Virus record (IMG/VR): IMGVR_UViG_3300047560_000921
Span: 1-64,000 of that record
Direction: 5' to 3' (one strand)
DNA length: 64,000 nucleotides
The translations under genes were made by a program, and so were the position numbers. Shown piece by piece: positions 38,987 to 48,428 of the stretch. The notes under the pieces are model-generated. The model was not told the origin of the DNA and ran no database searches. It saw only the letters and a list, made by a program, of their open reading frames with translations. Positions within the stretch are counted from its first letter, which is position 1; every line of letters starts with the position of its first letter.

Positions 38987-41047
38987 TTATATTAATTTAA
39001 ATGCTGTGGCTCTAACTTTAAACTTAGTGTTTGCGTTTGTTGGTGTAACTAATAGTTTCAAATTTCCACCAGTGACTGTTGCATCGTAAGTAGCTTGGAA
39101 AGGTGTTACAGTTGAAATTAATGTCACTGTGTTGATGTACGGTGTTGTACCGCTGTAGGTTAGTGATATTTCTACTAGTTCTGTACCTGTTGAATTAATT
39201 GCTTCTACAATATACTTTACTGATGTATAGCTAGCAACTGCTAGTGTATCTAAGACTTGGTTCGCTGTAGTTGTTGATGCGTTCAAATACACTACATATT
39301 CGTCCGCAACACTAGTGCTACCAGTTTTCATTACAGTAGCGCCTGTGATAGTAGGTGTTGTTATTGCAGGACTCGATCCAGTTATAAAACTAGAATCGTT
39401 AGTTAATTGACTAACTGCTGTTGGTATTGTTGGCTTATTAGTTAAGTCAGTATAGCTACCGCTTGTCGACACTGTAGCTAGTCCCAAGTTAGTCACTGCG
39501 TTAGCTTTTTGCTGTGTAGTTAAACTTTGTGTGTTTATATCCACACGCAATCTGTTACCCAACGCTGTGCTAACTGTTGTAGAATAGTTTGCGTCACTGC
39601 CTAATGCTTGTGCTAGTTCGTTTAAGGTGTTTAATGCACTTGGAGCACTGGCCACCAAATCACTTACTGCTGTGTTAACATAGGTTTCTGTAGCGTAACC
39701 AGTCAAACTAGGAATTGTCGGTTTGTTTGTTAAGTCGTTATAGTCGCCGCTAAAGCTAGATGGATTTATTCCTCCACCACTTGCTCCTGCTGTATAATCT
39801 GCACTAAAATTCCAAGCATCGTCTGTATAAATGCCTGTAACGACTACTGGGAATTGGCTTACGTTTCCAAAAGGTTTATATGTTGCATTCGTACTAACTG
39901 TGGACTCTCCTAGTACTACGGTACGCAAGCGAGATACTGTAATATCTATGTCCGATACTGTTCCTGCGCCCGGTACAAACTGAATAATCTGGCCTTCTAT
40001 TCCAGGATCTAATGTATACGCATACGAGCCAGTCCAACTAAGTTTATGAACTTGCTTGCTTAAATCAATAGGTGTATCTACGCCGATGCCGTCATTATTT
40101 TCTGCGATTGTAGTTGCCGCAGTAGTCGATGTAGTTGCATCAATCGGGCTTCCAGTTATAAGTGTAAGTTCTAACCAATCACCTGCGGGAATAGACTCGC
40201 TTAGTGTCAGCGTATAATCTAATGTAGTGTATGCATCAGTGTGTTGATATAAGCCGTTCCATACTACCTTACACAAGTCGCCAGCTTGTAAACTATATCC
40301 CATGTTAAACACGGCAGTTGTGCTAGTGGCCAGCAACGTCATTTTTTTAATGTTTAGTGTTGGGCTATACGTTAGTATTTCTATTAGGCTTCCAGATTCT
40401 GGTGCTTCTGACAAAATAAGCTGACTTTTCTTGTCGATAATGACGATTTCTATTAGTGTATCTGTAGGAATTGCTTCGGAGAAAGAAACAGTATCATCTG
40501 TTAATGTATATGCCGAAGTGTCTTTTTGTAATAAGCCTTGCAAGTATACTTCAATGTAAGATGCATCGACTGGCGTAACTGTTAGTACGAAATCTGTTTG
40601 AATGCCGTTACCAGTAAATGTGTTCTTAATACCTGTACCTGATCCAGCTGTAAACGAATCTTTCTTTTGGTACACACCATCGATGTACAAGTCTACATAG
40701 TCAGGTGCTTTTGGAGCAACGTCTAAAATGTATGTTAATGTGCTTCCGTTGCCAATGATTTCTTGTCTATTAATTGTATAAGCGGCTGTACCTGCGCTGA
40801 TAACACCTGTTTGACTAACGGTAATCGATGTACCGTCAACTTTAACACCGCCCAATACACTAGTAGTTGCAACTGGCAAGCTATAGCCGGCGCTAACGTC
40901 GACGATAGTGTCATTGCCTGCGGCAGAGCGTCTTAGGTATAATTTACCGTCGTAGGTATTAATTGCAAGTTCGCCAAGCTCCAAGTCTTGGACTACCGGA
41001 ACGCGACCCGGTACCGCTGAACGTTTCAGCTTAATATTAGAAGCCAT
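38987..41047 (-). CDS. fibre/whisker-like structural protein (686 aa)
   Basis: N-terminal 'IKLKRSAVPG.VP...L..GELAINT.DGKLY'; three 'VY..G..Q....YT' repeats; 'AP..LNTLNELA.ALG.D.N'. Confidence 0.75.
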   Translation of the reverse strand: MASNIKLKRSAVPGRVPVVQDLELGELAINTYDGKLYLRRSAAGNDTIVDVSAGYSLPVATTSVLGGVKVDGTSITVSQTGVISAGTAAYTINRQEIIGNGSTLTYILDVAPKAPDYVDLYIDGVYQKKDSFTAGSGTGIKNTFTGNGIQTDFVLTVTPVDASYIEVYLQGLLQKDTSAYTLTDDTVSFSEAIPTDTLIEIVIIDKKSQLILSEAPESGSLIEILTYSPTLNIKKMTLLATSTTAVFNMGYSLQAGDLCKVVWNGLYQHTDAYTTLDYTLTLSESIPAGDWLELTLITGSPIDATTSTTAATTIAENNDGIGVDTPIDLSKQVHKLSWTGSYAYTLDPGIEGQIIQFVPGAGTVSDIDITVSRLRTVVLGESTVSTNATYKPFGNVSQFPVVVTGIYTDDAWNFSADYTAGASGGGINPSSFSGDYNDLTNKPTIPSLTGYATETYVNTAVSDLVASAPSALNTLNELAQALGSDANYSTTVSTALGNRLRVDINTQSLTTQQKANAVTNLGLATVSTSGSYTDLTNKPTIPTAVSQLTNDSSFITGSSPAITTPTITGATVMKTGSTSVADEYVVYLNASTTTANQVLDTLAVASYTSVKYIVEAINSTGTELVEISLTYSGTTPYINTVTLISTVTPFQATYDATVTGGNLKLLVTPTNANTKFKVRATAFKLI

Positions 41048-41080
41048 ATGGCAGTAATCCTTTTTCTATATAGAAAAGCA

Positions 41081-41109
41081 AAACAGGATAGTATGTAACT
41101 ATCCTGTTT
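41081..41109. terminator. 12-bp inverted repeat between fibre genes
   Basis: AAACAGGATAGT-atgta-ACTATCCTGTTT. Confidence 0.6.
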
Positions 41110-41133
41110 ATGGTATATAACATACTCTGTTAT

Positions 41134-43710
41134 TTAGTATGTGCCGCCATCAATTTCATTGCTAAAATATGGAGCGCCCGAAGCATCTTGACGTAAGAAG
41201 CTACCTGCTACTGTAGCAACTGCTGTAACTTGTAATGCACCAGTGCCGTTGCCGTAGATTACACCATTGCTTGTGAATGTTGTAGCACCAGTACCACCTT
41301 GTGCTACGGCGACAGTAGTAAAACCTGTACCTAAAGCACCGCTAGTTAATGTGCCAACAGTAACAATGCTGTTTTGACCAGCGTATGTGCTAGCAATGTC
41401 AATACTATCAGCGTTAACTGTGATACGGTTTGCAGTACCAACTACGTCTAATACGCCGCTTGTGTAAGTTAAACCAGCACCAGCTACTGTAGTTGCAAGA
41501 GCAACGTCGTTGGCGTTAACTGTAATACCTAAGCCTGCACCAACGTCAATTTGGTTACCAGTCTTAGTTAAACCAGCACCAGCAATTAACTGGCCTGCAC
41601 CGCTGAACTGTGCAAATGTTAGGGCTGTTGTACCTAATGTTACTGTACCGTCGTTGGTCAATACCCAACCAGAGTCAGCGTTTGTTGTACCTTCTTCAAC
41701 GAAAGTAAACATACCTGGGTTAACTTCGTTGCTTCCGTTGCCTGCATCTGCGCTGTTATTAGCATCCAATGCACGAGTCCATGCACCACCGCTTACAACA
41801 ACGTAAATACCGTTTTGGCTAGCAGTTGTTTGATCTTTAACAAGAACACGGTCACCAGCGGCTAGTGCAATACTGTCAACCGTTTGAGTGTTGCTTAGTG
41901 TAATGTTGGCTGTTGTAGCAACACGTACACTTTGTTTTACGTCCAAACCGTTACGGCTTGCATCAACGTAGGCTTTTGTAGCGGCATCTTGTGGGTTAAC
42001 CGGATCAGCCAAGCCAGTGATGTAGTTGCTACCCATTGCAATGTTTGCACTGTGAGTAGTAACCCCAGTTACTGCCAATGTACCACTTAATGTTGTGTTA
42101 CCAGTTACTGCCAATGTACCAGCTACGCTAGTGTTACCACTGGCTGCTACTACTGTAAACTTGTTTGTATTAACTGCAAAGTCGCCTGCAACGCCTGCTG
42201 TACCAGCAATAACAGTGTTACCGCTAGCGGCAGCTACAGTAAACTTGTTTGTATTAATAGCTACATCACCAGCAACACCTAAAGTACCAGCAATCGCTGT
42301 GTTACCACTTGCGGCTGTTACTGTAAACTTGTTTGTGTTAACTGACAAATCGCCAGTAATACCAACTGTACCACCAAATGTAGCATTACCAGTGTGAGCA
42401 CTTGTACCAGTTACGCTGAATGTACCTGCAACTGCTGTGTTACCTGAACTAGCGGCTACTGTAAACTTGTTTGTGTTTACACTGAAATCGCCAACTACGT
42501 TTGCAGTACCACTTAGTGTTGTGTTACCAGTTACACCCAATGTACCTGCTACAGTAGCGTTATTCTTAATAGCTGTTGTACCTGTTGCGGCGCCGATGTT
42601 AACTGTTGTGCCAGCGCCAGCAAAGTTAACTGTAGTTGCTGTAGAGTTTACTAAGTTAAATGTTGTTGCTGTTGTAGTGATGTCGCCACCGTTAACTGCT
42701 AAATCGCCAGTTAATGTAGTATCGCCAGTGATACCAACTGTACCACCAAATGTAGCATTACCAGTGTGGGCACTTGTACCAGTTACGCTGAATGTACCTG
42801 CAATGGTAGTGTTACCGCTAGCAGTGTCTACTTGGAACTTAGTTACGCCTGATGCGTTGTTTAATGTTAAGTATTCTGTTGCGGCAGTATCTGAACCAGA
42901 TAATGTCAAACCGTTGTTAAAAGTAACGCTACCGATAGCTGTTTCAGTTCCAGTTAGAACTAAGTTACCACCAACATACAAGTTACCAGCAATACCAGCA
43001 CCGCCAGCAACTACAAGGGCACCTGTTGTTGTGCTAGAACTTGCTGTTGTTTGTAGTAAATTTAACTTTGTTGTGTTTAATTGAGCGACTTCAACGGCTG
43101 TAGTGTTATTACTTGCATAGAAGTGGATAATGTCATCGCTAGCACCTGGGCTACTTTCAGCAATAACATAAGTTAAACCGTCGACGCTACGCACGCCGCC
43201 CAAGCTACTCCAGTTAGTACCACTATAGCCTTCAAATTGGCTAATAGTTGTGTTGTAACGGATAGCACCCTGGATCGCAGGACCTTGTTGTGCTGTTGTG
43301 CCTACTGGAATTACTAAGCCGTTTGTACCAGATATAGAAACGTAACCAGTGCCGTTTGGTGTTAATACGATGTTACCGTTGGCGTTTGTTGCGCTAATTG
43401 TGTTGGTACTACCAGTTGTAGTTAAGTTACCAACGTTAATAACATCAATCTTGTTATTTGAATCAGTGATAAGCGCACTGTCAGCAGTTAATGTACCATG
43501 TACATGGTCCATCATATCTGTAAAGTACTTACCGCCAATTACATAGTGGTTGGCAGCATTACCAGAGGATTCAGTACCGAAACCAATGTATAATCTGTCG
43601 CCGCCGTTTGCCTGCGTTCCTGCTAATGCAGAATAGGCTAGTTCGCCTGCCAACAAGGCTGCTGGATTGCCATTGGTAGACGAACGTTTAATTCTAATTG
43701 TTGATGCCAT
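41134..43710 (-). CDS. fibre-like structural protein (858 aa)
   Basis: 'MASTIRIKRS..GELAYS'; repeated 'GD..VNTNKFTV.A.SGNT..AGT'; ends 'IDGGTY'. Confidence 0.8.
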   Translation of the reverse strand: MASTIRIKRSSTNGNPAALLAGELAYSALAGTQANGGDRLYIGFGTESSGNAANHYVIGGKYFTDMMDHVHGTLTADSALITDSNNKIDVINVGNLTTTGSTNTISATNANGNIVLTPNGTGYVSISGTNGLVIPVGTTAQQGPAIQGAIRYNTTISQFEGYSGTNWSSLGGVRSVDGLTYVIAESSPGASDDIIHFYASNNTTAVEVAQLNTTKLNLLQTTASSSTTTGALVVAGGAGIAGNLYVGGNLVLTGTETAIGSVTFNNGLTLSGSDTAATEYLTLNNASGVTKFQVDTASGNTTIAGTFSVTGTSAHTGNATFGGTVGITGDTTLTGDLAVNGGDITTTATTFNLVNSTATTVNFAGAGTTVNIGAATGTTAIKNNATVAGTLGVTGNTTLSGTANVVGDFSVNTNKFTVAASSGNTAVAGTFSVTGTSAHTGNATFGGTVGITGDLSVNTNKFTVTAASGNTAIAGTLGVAGDVAINTNKFTVAAASGNTVIAGTAGVAGDFAVNTNKFTVVAASGNTSVAGTLAVTGNTTLSGTLAVTGVTTHSANIAMGSNYITGLADPVNPQDAATKAYVDASRNGLDVKQSVRVATTANITLSNTQTVDSIALAAGDRVLVKDQTTASQNGIYVVVSGGAWTRALDANNSADAGNGSNEVNPGMFTFVEEGTTNADSGWVLTNDGTVTLGTTALTFAQFSGAGQLIAGAGLTKTGNQIDVGAGLGITVNANDVALATTVAGAGLTYTSGVLDVVGTANRITVNADSIDIASTYAGQNSIVTVGTLTSGALGTGFTTVAVAQGGTGATTFTSNGVIYGNGTGALQVTAVATVAGSFLRQDASGAPYFSNEIDGGTY
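42349..42803. repeat. 83-bp near-identical direct repeat inside a fibre gene (42349-42431 and 42721-42803)
   Basis: Copies differ at 2 positions only. Confidence 0.8.
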
Positions 43711-43724
43711 TTATAATTTCTCCA

Positions 43725-44144
43725 TTAAAATTCGCCTGCATCCATGACTTGTTGATACAGGTAATTTGAAACTAACCACTTGTCGATATCCGCCGCGTAA
43801 ATTAATACGTCACCTGATCTTAAACCATCTCCTGGCGTTGGATCTTGCACGTTAGATAATTGTTGTAACTTTAAATTAGCAATGTAGTTGTTAACTTGTG
43901 CTATAGCAGAGTCTAAATCGTCTTTGATTGGAATCTGCTTAACTACTAATTGCCCTGAATCATTCAGAGCGGACATTTTAATGTGCTTATCAGTAGTATT
44001 GTACCAAACTCTTCCAGATACTGTGAGTGATGGGTCTGTGCTTACACGCTCAACGTTCAGGTTTTCCACCATTGTACTTTGAAAGTTCAATGTTTCGTTA
44101 GAAGTTGTTAGTGCATTGTCTTGATGGTTGAGATTAATGGCCAT
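43725..44144 (-). CDS. small structural protein (139 aa)
   Basis: 'GRVWYNTTD', ends 'MDAGEF'; TATAAATA at 44170-44177. Confidence 0.7.
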   Translation of the reverse strand: MAINLNHQDNALTTSNETLNFQSTMVENLNVERVSTDPSLTVSGRVWYNTTDKHIKMSALNDSGQLVVKQIPIKDDLDSAIAQVNNYIANLKLQQLSNVQDPTPGDGLRSGDVLIYAADIDKWLVSNYLYQQVMDAGEF

Positions 44145-44169
44145 GTTTATTCAGTTACTAATATTGTTA

Positions 44170-44177
44170 TATTTATA
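44170..44177 (-). promoter_or_regulatory. T4-consensus late promoter TATAAATA
   Basis: Exact T4 late consensus heading the fibre cluster. Confidence 0.7.
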
Positions 44178-44220
44178 CCAAAAATGTTTTTTATTTTTGA
44201 AACTTCCTGATTTGCTCAAC

Positions 44221-44246
44221 AAAAAAGCGCCTTGCGGCGCTTTTTT
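44221..44246 (-). terminator. rho-independent terminator after the major capsid gene
   Basis: AAAAAAGCGCC-GCAA-GGCGCTTTTTT. Confidence 0.88.
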
Positions 44247-44270
44247 GATTTTGCTAAAGCAATCCTTGGA

Positions 44271-45440
44271 TTACTGGAAGCTGATGTTAGCCATTGCAAT
44301 TTTTGCAACGTAGTCAGCAGCGTTACCAAGAGAGCTTGCAGTGTTTGTAAGCTCAACATAGCCATAACGTGTCATGAACGAAACAACTGGTTCGAATGTT
44401 GTTGGGTCAAGAACAACACCAGAGCTCATCAATGGAATGTATGGGCAGTAGAAAGCAGCCGCATCCATCTCGTTAGGACCTTTGTAACCAACTAGAACTG
44501 GGCTAGTTTCGTTAGCATAGCTGTTTACGTAAACACGCATAGAGCTATTCAATGTACCAACGAACTTAGTGTTTGTTGGAGCTTCGAATGTACCTTCAGT
44601 TGTACGTGCGAATGCAGATGTAGTAGCACTTTGTAGTACTGTCAATGCTGTTGGGCTAACAACAACATAGTTACCTGCGCCACGACGTGTACGCTGAGCG
44701 ATCAAGTTAGCGGCGTTGTTGATAAGGATAGCAAGAACGGCATGACGATCACCAACGTATGTAGGTGTACCAGTGAAAGCACCAGTGTTGTTCATGTCGA
44801 ATGTGCTTACTGGAGTACCAGCTAGGCTCAATAACGAACCGATAACTTCTTGGTCGATTTCAGCAGTGATTTCTTGTGCTAGAGCAGCCATGATTTCTGC
44901 TTCAACGTCCAAACCGTGCATAGCTTGAGCATCTTGAGCAGCTTCGAAAGTCCAGCGAGCGCTTAACTTACGAGTTTTAGCTTCAACAGTTTGCTTCAAT
45001 ACTTGAATGCTTAGTTTGTTACCAGCTTCAGCTTCTAGTGCGCTTGTAGCGGCAGCTTTACCTGTGCTAGCACCAGAGTAGGCTTCAGCGATTTTGAATG
45101 GGCTTAGAGCTTCTTCACCAGCAGTTGCGCCGTTAGCAGTTTGTGCATAACGTACACGCAATGTGTGGATTTGACCAACTGGGCCAGTCATTGGCTGAAC
45201 ACCAACGATTTCGTTAGCGATAACAGTAGGCATAACACGACGGATAACTGGCAGAATTACTTTGTTTAAAACTGCAACGTTACCGCTAGATGTAGCACCA
45301 GCTGAAACAGATTCGCTCAAATACTTACGTGTATTTTCTAATGTTGTTTCCATTACGGCCTTCTTGTTGCCGTCGAGTCCTTCTAGCAGAGCTTCTTTAG
45401 TAGCTGACCAGTTTTGTGACTCAAAAAGTTGACTTGACAT
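44271..45440 (-). CDS. gp23: major capsid protein (gp23 family)
   Basis: 'PVIRRVMP..IANEIVGVQPMTGP.GQI', 'AKTRKL.A.WT.E..QD..A.HGLD.E', 'FYCPYIPL', 'TRYG'. Confidence 0.97.
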   Translation of the reverse strand: MSSQLFESQNWSATKEALLEGLDGNKKAVMETTLENTRKYLSESVSAGATSSGNVAVLNKVILPVIRRVMPTVIANEIVGVQPMTGPVGQIHTLRVRYAQTANGATAGEEALSPFKIAEAYSGASTGKAAATSALEAEAGNKLSIQVLKQTVEAKTRKLSARWTFEAAQDAQAMHGLDVEAEIMAALAQEITAEIDQEVIGSLLSLAGTPVSTFDMNNTGAFTGTPTYVGDRHAVLAILINNAANLIAQRTRRGAGNYVVVSPTALTVLQSATTSAFARTTEGTFEAPTNTKFVGTLNSSMRVYVNSYANETSPVLVGYKGPNEMDAAAFYCPYIPLMSSGVVLDPTTFEPVVSFMTRYGYVELTNTASSLGNAADYVAKIAMANISFQ

Positions 45441-45457
45441 TTAATGTCTCCTTACTT

Positions 45458-46558
45458 TTATAATCCTGCAAGTTTGCGTAGTGCAACAATCTCAGCTTTA
45501 CCTGTGGATTGATCTGCGCTAACAGACTTGTTACCAGTAAACACAGTACTCTGTGCTTTGGCGCTCTCAACTAGCGTGGATTTAGCTGTCTTGCTAACTG
45601 CTTCGTTAAGAACTGCTGGTAGATATTTTTCAAAAGATTCCTTAAGATTTGTTGTCTTTACTGTTTGCAGTAAATCTTCCATAATCTCACGCTTCTCTTT
45701 GGACAATGGAGCTACCAGCTCCTGCATTACACGGGTACGTTTTGCTACGTCTTCTGCGACTGTGGCCTTACGTACAGCTTCTGCAATCATATTGTCTTTT
45801 TGTGCTAGTCGTTGAGCGGACTCATCCAACTTAGCTTGAAGTTCGGCAACTTGTTTGCCCATCTTCTTAACTTCAGTTCCATCTGCAAAGTGGCTTGCCA
45901 TGAATTCTGCGGCGAATGTTTCCATGATCTTACGACCAAACGCATTTTCACGAGCAACCTTGATGTCTTCTTTAAGCTGAGTTAGCTCAGTCTTCATAGC
46001 ACTAGAAATAATGCCTTCAACTTTGCCAGCGGCTTCTTTAACAAACTTAGCCTTTGCATCTGCAATAATCTTTTTACCCTCTTGAACCATACGAACACGA
46101 GCTGTGCGTAGAGCCTGCTCATCTTCATGTAATTCATTAAGTTCACCGGTTAGACGTTGTAACACAAATTCTTCTAACTTAGCAAAGTTAGTTTCATGTG
46201 CTTGGCGGTCTTTTCTCAATTCACCGATTTCACGTGCAAGAGCTTCCATAACAAACTTGTTTAAAAGTTCATTGTGTTCAGCAACTTTCTTTTTGTAAGC
46301 TACACGAGCTTCAACTAGAGCGTCTTTATCTTGCTTGAATTCTACGATTTCTTGTTTAATTGCTTCTTCAATCATTTGATTCATTGATTCAACAATTAGA
46401 CCCTTATCGTGCTCATAACGCTGAGCAAATTCTTCGCGAAGGTTGGCTGTCATTTCTGCCTTAGCTTCATTTACTTTCTGTTCGAAAGCTTCAGCTAATT
46501 TAGATTTAACGTCTTCTGAGAGTACCTCTGAACCGAGTAGTTCCGAAAAAACTGTCAT
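45458..46558 (-). CDS. gp22: prohead core scaffold protein (gp22-like)
   Basis: Coiled-coil, 'LSEDVK..L.EAFE', located between protease and capsid genes. Confidence 0.8.
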   Translation of the reverse strand: MTVFSELLGSEVLSEDVKSKLAEAFEQKVNEAKAEMTANLREEFAQRYEHDKGLIVESMNQMIEEAIKQEIVEFKQDKDALVEARVAYKKKVAEHNELLNKFVMEALAREIGELRKDRQAHETNFAKLEEFVLQRLTGELNELHEDEQALRTARVRMVQEGKKIIADAKAKFVKEAAGKVEGIISSAMKTELTQLKEDIKVARENAFGRKIMETFAAEFMASHFADGTEVKKMGKQVAELQAKLDESAQRLAQKDNMIAEAVRKATVAEDVAKRTRVMQELVAPLSKEKREIMEDLLQTVKTTNLKESFEKYLPAVLNEAVSKTAKSTLVESAKAQSTVFTGNKSVSADQSTGKAEIVALRKLAGL

Positions 46559-46570
46559 TATACCTTCTCC

Positions 46571-47212
46571 TTAGACTTTAAGGTTTTGGATAAACTTCAG
46601 AACCTCTTCCTGGAGGTATTTCTGTGCTTTAGAGTCATACTTTACAGCCTCTGCGACTTCCATGATTTGTCTCTGACGAGAGCTCATCATTACTCGTTCG
46701 TAAATAGCCTTAGGATACGCCTCTGGCGCACTAGGGTTCGCAACAATATCAACCGTAACGATTTCAAAGTCTTTGACTTCGCCGCTTTCGTTGACATTAC
46801 CTGAACCTCTAGAACTTACACCCAATTTTACACCGCTTTCTAACAATGTTTTCACAATGTTGCCCATCGGTGTTGGTAGGATCTTTAGCTTGCCCAAACC
46901 ATTACCACCATCCATGTAGATGTCAGTAATCATGTGGCTTACACGATCCAAATTCACTTGTAAATCATCTGGGTGATCTGCCTCACCCAATACACTATAT
47001 CCCGAATTAATGCGTTCTTTTATACTCTTGACGGCACGACCAATTTCGTTTACAGGGTAAACTCGTTGGTTTTGATTTTTAACGCCGCCTTGTATAAAAA
47101 TACCACTCATAAACAAGTCCTTAGACTTGCCGTCTTGGCCTTCACGGCTTTCCACGACAAGCTGGGCTTGATCGAAAGTCAGTGCTTCTTTAAGTGGTAC
47201 GTATTTCATCAT
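46571..47212 (-). CDS. gp21: prohead protease
   Basis: 'GIFIQ....N.N.RVYP', 'LGEADHP', 'GVSSRGSG', 'DIVA.PSAP.A'. Confidence 0.95.
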   Translation of the reverse strand: MMKYVPLKEALTFDQAQLVVESREGQDGKSKDLFMSGIFIQGGVKNQNQRVYPVNEIGRAVKSIKERINSGYSVLGEADHPDDLQVNLDRVSHMITDIYMDGGNGLGKLKILPTPMGNIVKTLLESGVKLGVSSRGSGNVNESGEVKDFEIVTVDIVANPSAPEAYPKAIYERVMMSSRQRQIMEVAEAVKYDSKAQKYLQEEVLKFIQNLKV

Positions 47213-48066
47213 TAACGTCCTGCAACTGGAGAGCGTGTGTTACCAGCAGCTTCGCCTTTAGCAGGCTTAGCAACTGCACTTAAACTAGGAGCTTTTTTGT
47301 TGCCAGTAGTGTTTACGTTACCAGCATTGTCTTCCTTAGTAGATGGGTTTAAAAGTCCACCTTGTGTACCGCCTTTGTTGCTTTCACTTCCGCCTAGCTT
47401 GAATGGCTTAGCAGCCATACCTTTTGCACCACTGTTAGCGGCTACTGGGCTCTTAGTGTTATTACCGTTGTCGCCGTGTGATGGCTTTGCAACTGCAATA
47501 AGGTCAGCGCTTTCGTCTAGTTCGTCAGCATCTTCGAACTGGAAACTTTCTTCTGTTTCTTCTTCATCACCGAAGTCGTCACCAAGATCGTCACCGCCCA
47601 AGTCGTCGCCTAGATCGTCGCCTGTACCGTTTTCGTCTTTTAATTGAGCAAATAAGCTCTTTAGCTCGTCTAAAGCATCTTCAACGTCCATAACAGCGTC
47701 GTCGATTTGGTCTTCAGTGTCACCACCTGCATCATCACCAAACTCGTCGCCCATGTCTTCGTCGCCACCTAGCTCTTCGCTATCGTCGCCGAATTCTAGT
47801 TCGTCTTCGTCTTCTTCGCTAAACATTTCTTCGCTAGCGATGTCTTCTTTAGCGGCGCTAATATCGTCGCCGAAGTCATCTTGCATGTCGCCGTCTAATT
47901 CTTCAGTTTCTAAAACTTCTTCCTCAGACACGTCATCGCTCTCGATTAAGCCTTCATAAATGCTACGACCTTTCTCTACGAAGAAAGAGTGTAGTAAATC
48001 TTGAGCTTTGTCTTCTTCCTTATTCAGGATGTGCTCTAGCACTTGTTCTAATATCTTTTTTGACAT
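47212..48066 (-). CDS. acidic prohead core protein
   Basis: Probable ATG 48066; very D/E-rich; between portal and protease; TAAATA at 48110-48115. Confidence 0.7.
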   Translation of the reverse strand: MSKKILEQVLEHILNKEEDKAQDLLHSFFVEKGRSIYEGLIESDDVSEEEVLETEELDGDMQDDFGDDISAAKEDIASEEMFSEEDEDELEFGDDSEELGGDEDMGDEFGDDAGGDTEDQIDDAVMDVEDALDELKSLFAQLKDENGTGDDLGDDLGGDDLGDDFGDEEETEESFQFEDADELDESADLIAVAKPSHGDNGNNTKSPVAANSGAKGMAAKPFKLGGSESNKGGTQGGLLNPSTKEDNAGNVNTTGNKKAPSLSAVAKPAKGEAAGNTRSPVAGR

Positions 48067-48200
48067 TCCTATATCTCCTTTGGCCAAAGATAGTTTATTA
48101 TCGTAACAATATTTAAATGATGGGAGTAAAATACCCTTAGAAAAGGCCTAAAAAACGTAGTTTTTTGATTCTAGGCCTTGGCATAAGTATGCCTAGGGTA

Positions 48201-48428
48201 TTATTGTGCTGATGCTCTAGCGTAAATTACGCCAAGTTTTTGCGCTTTTTTATTGACTTCTGCTTTACGTAGCTCTTTCATCTTACGCAATTTATTCAAG
48301 TGCATAAGCGTTAAACGGCTTCTACGTGTGTCCGTTTTACGTAATTGATCCAATTGTCCTTTGAAAATATCATTGGACGTTTGCTCTTGTTGCTCTTCTG
48401 CACTTTCACGCAATTCTAGGAATTTCAT
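48201..48428 (-). CDS. small head-module protein (75 aa)
   Basis: 'MKFLELRES', 'DTRRSRLTL.HLNKLRKM'; coupled to portal. Confidence 0.7.
   Translation of the reverse strand: MKFLELRESAEEQQEQTSNDIFKGQLDQLRKTDTRRSRLTLMHLNKLRKMKELRKAEVNKKAQKLGVIYARASAQ

Noticed and set aside
42349-42803. Near-identical repeats as a DGR template/variable pair
   Set aside because: Both copies lie inside one ORF, the differences are synonymous, and there is no reverse transcriptase in the window
22442-43710. Many plus-strand ORFs of 60-285 aa (V/L/P/A/T-rich) opposite the fibre genes
   Set aside because: Antisense shadows caused by biased Thr/Gly/Ser/Val codons
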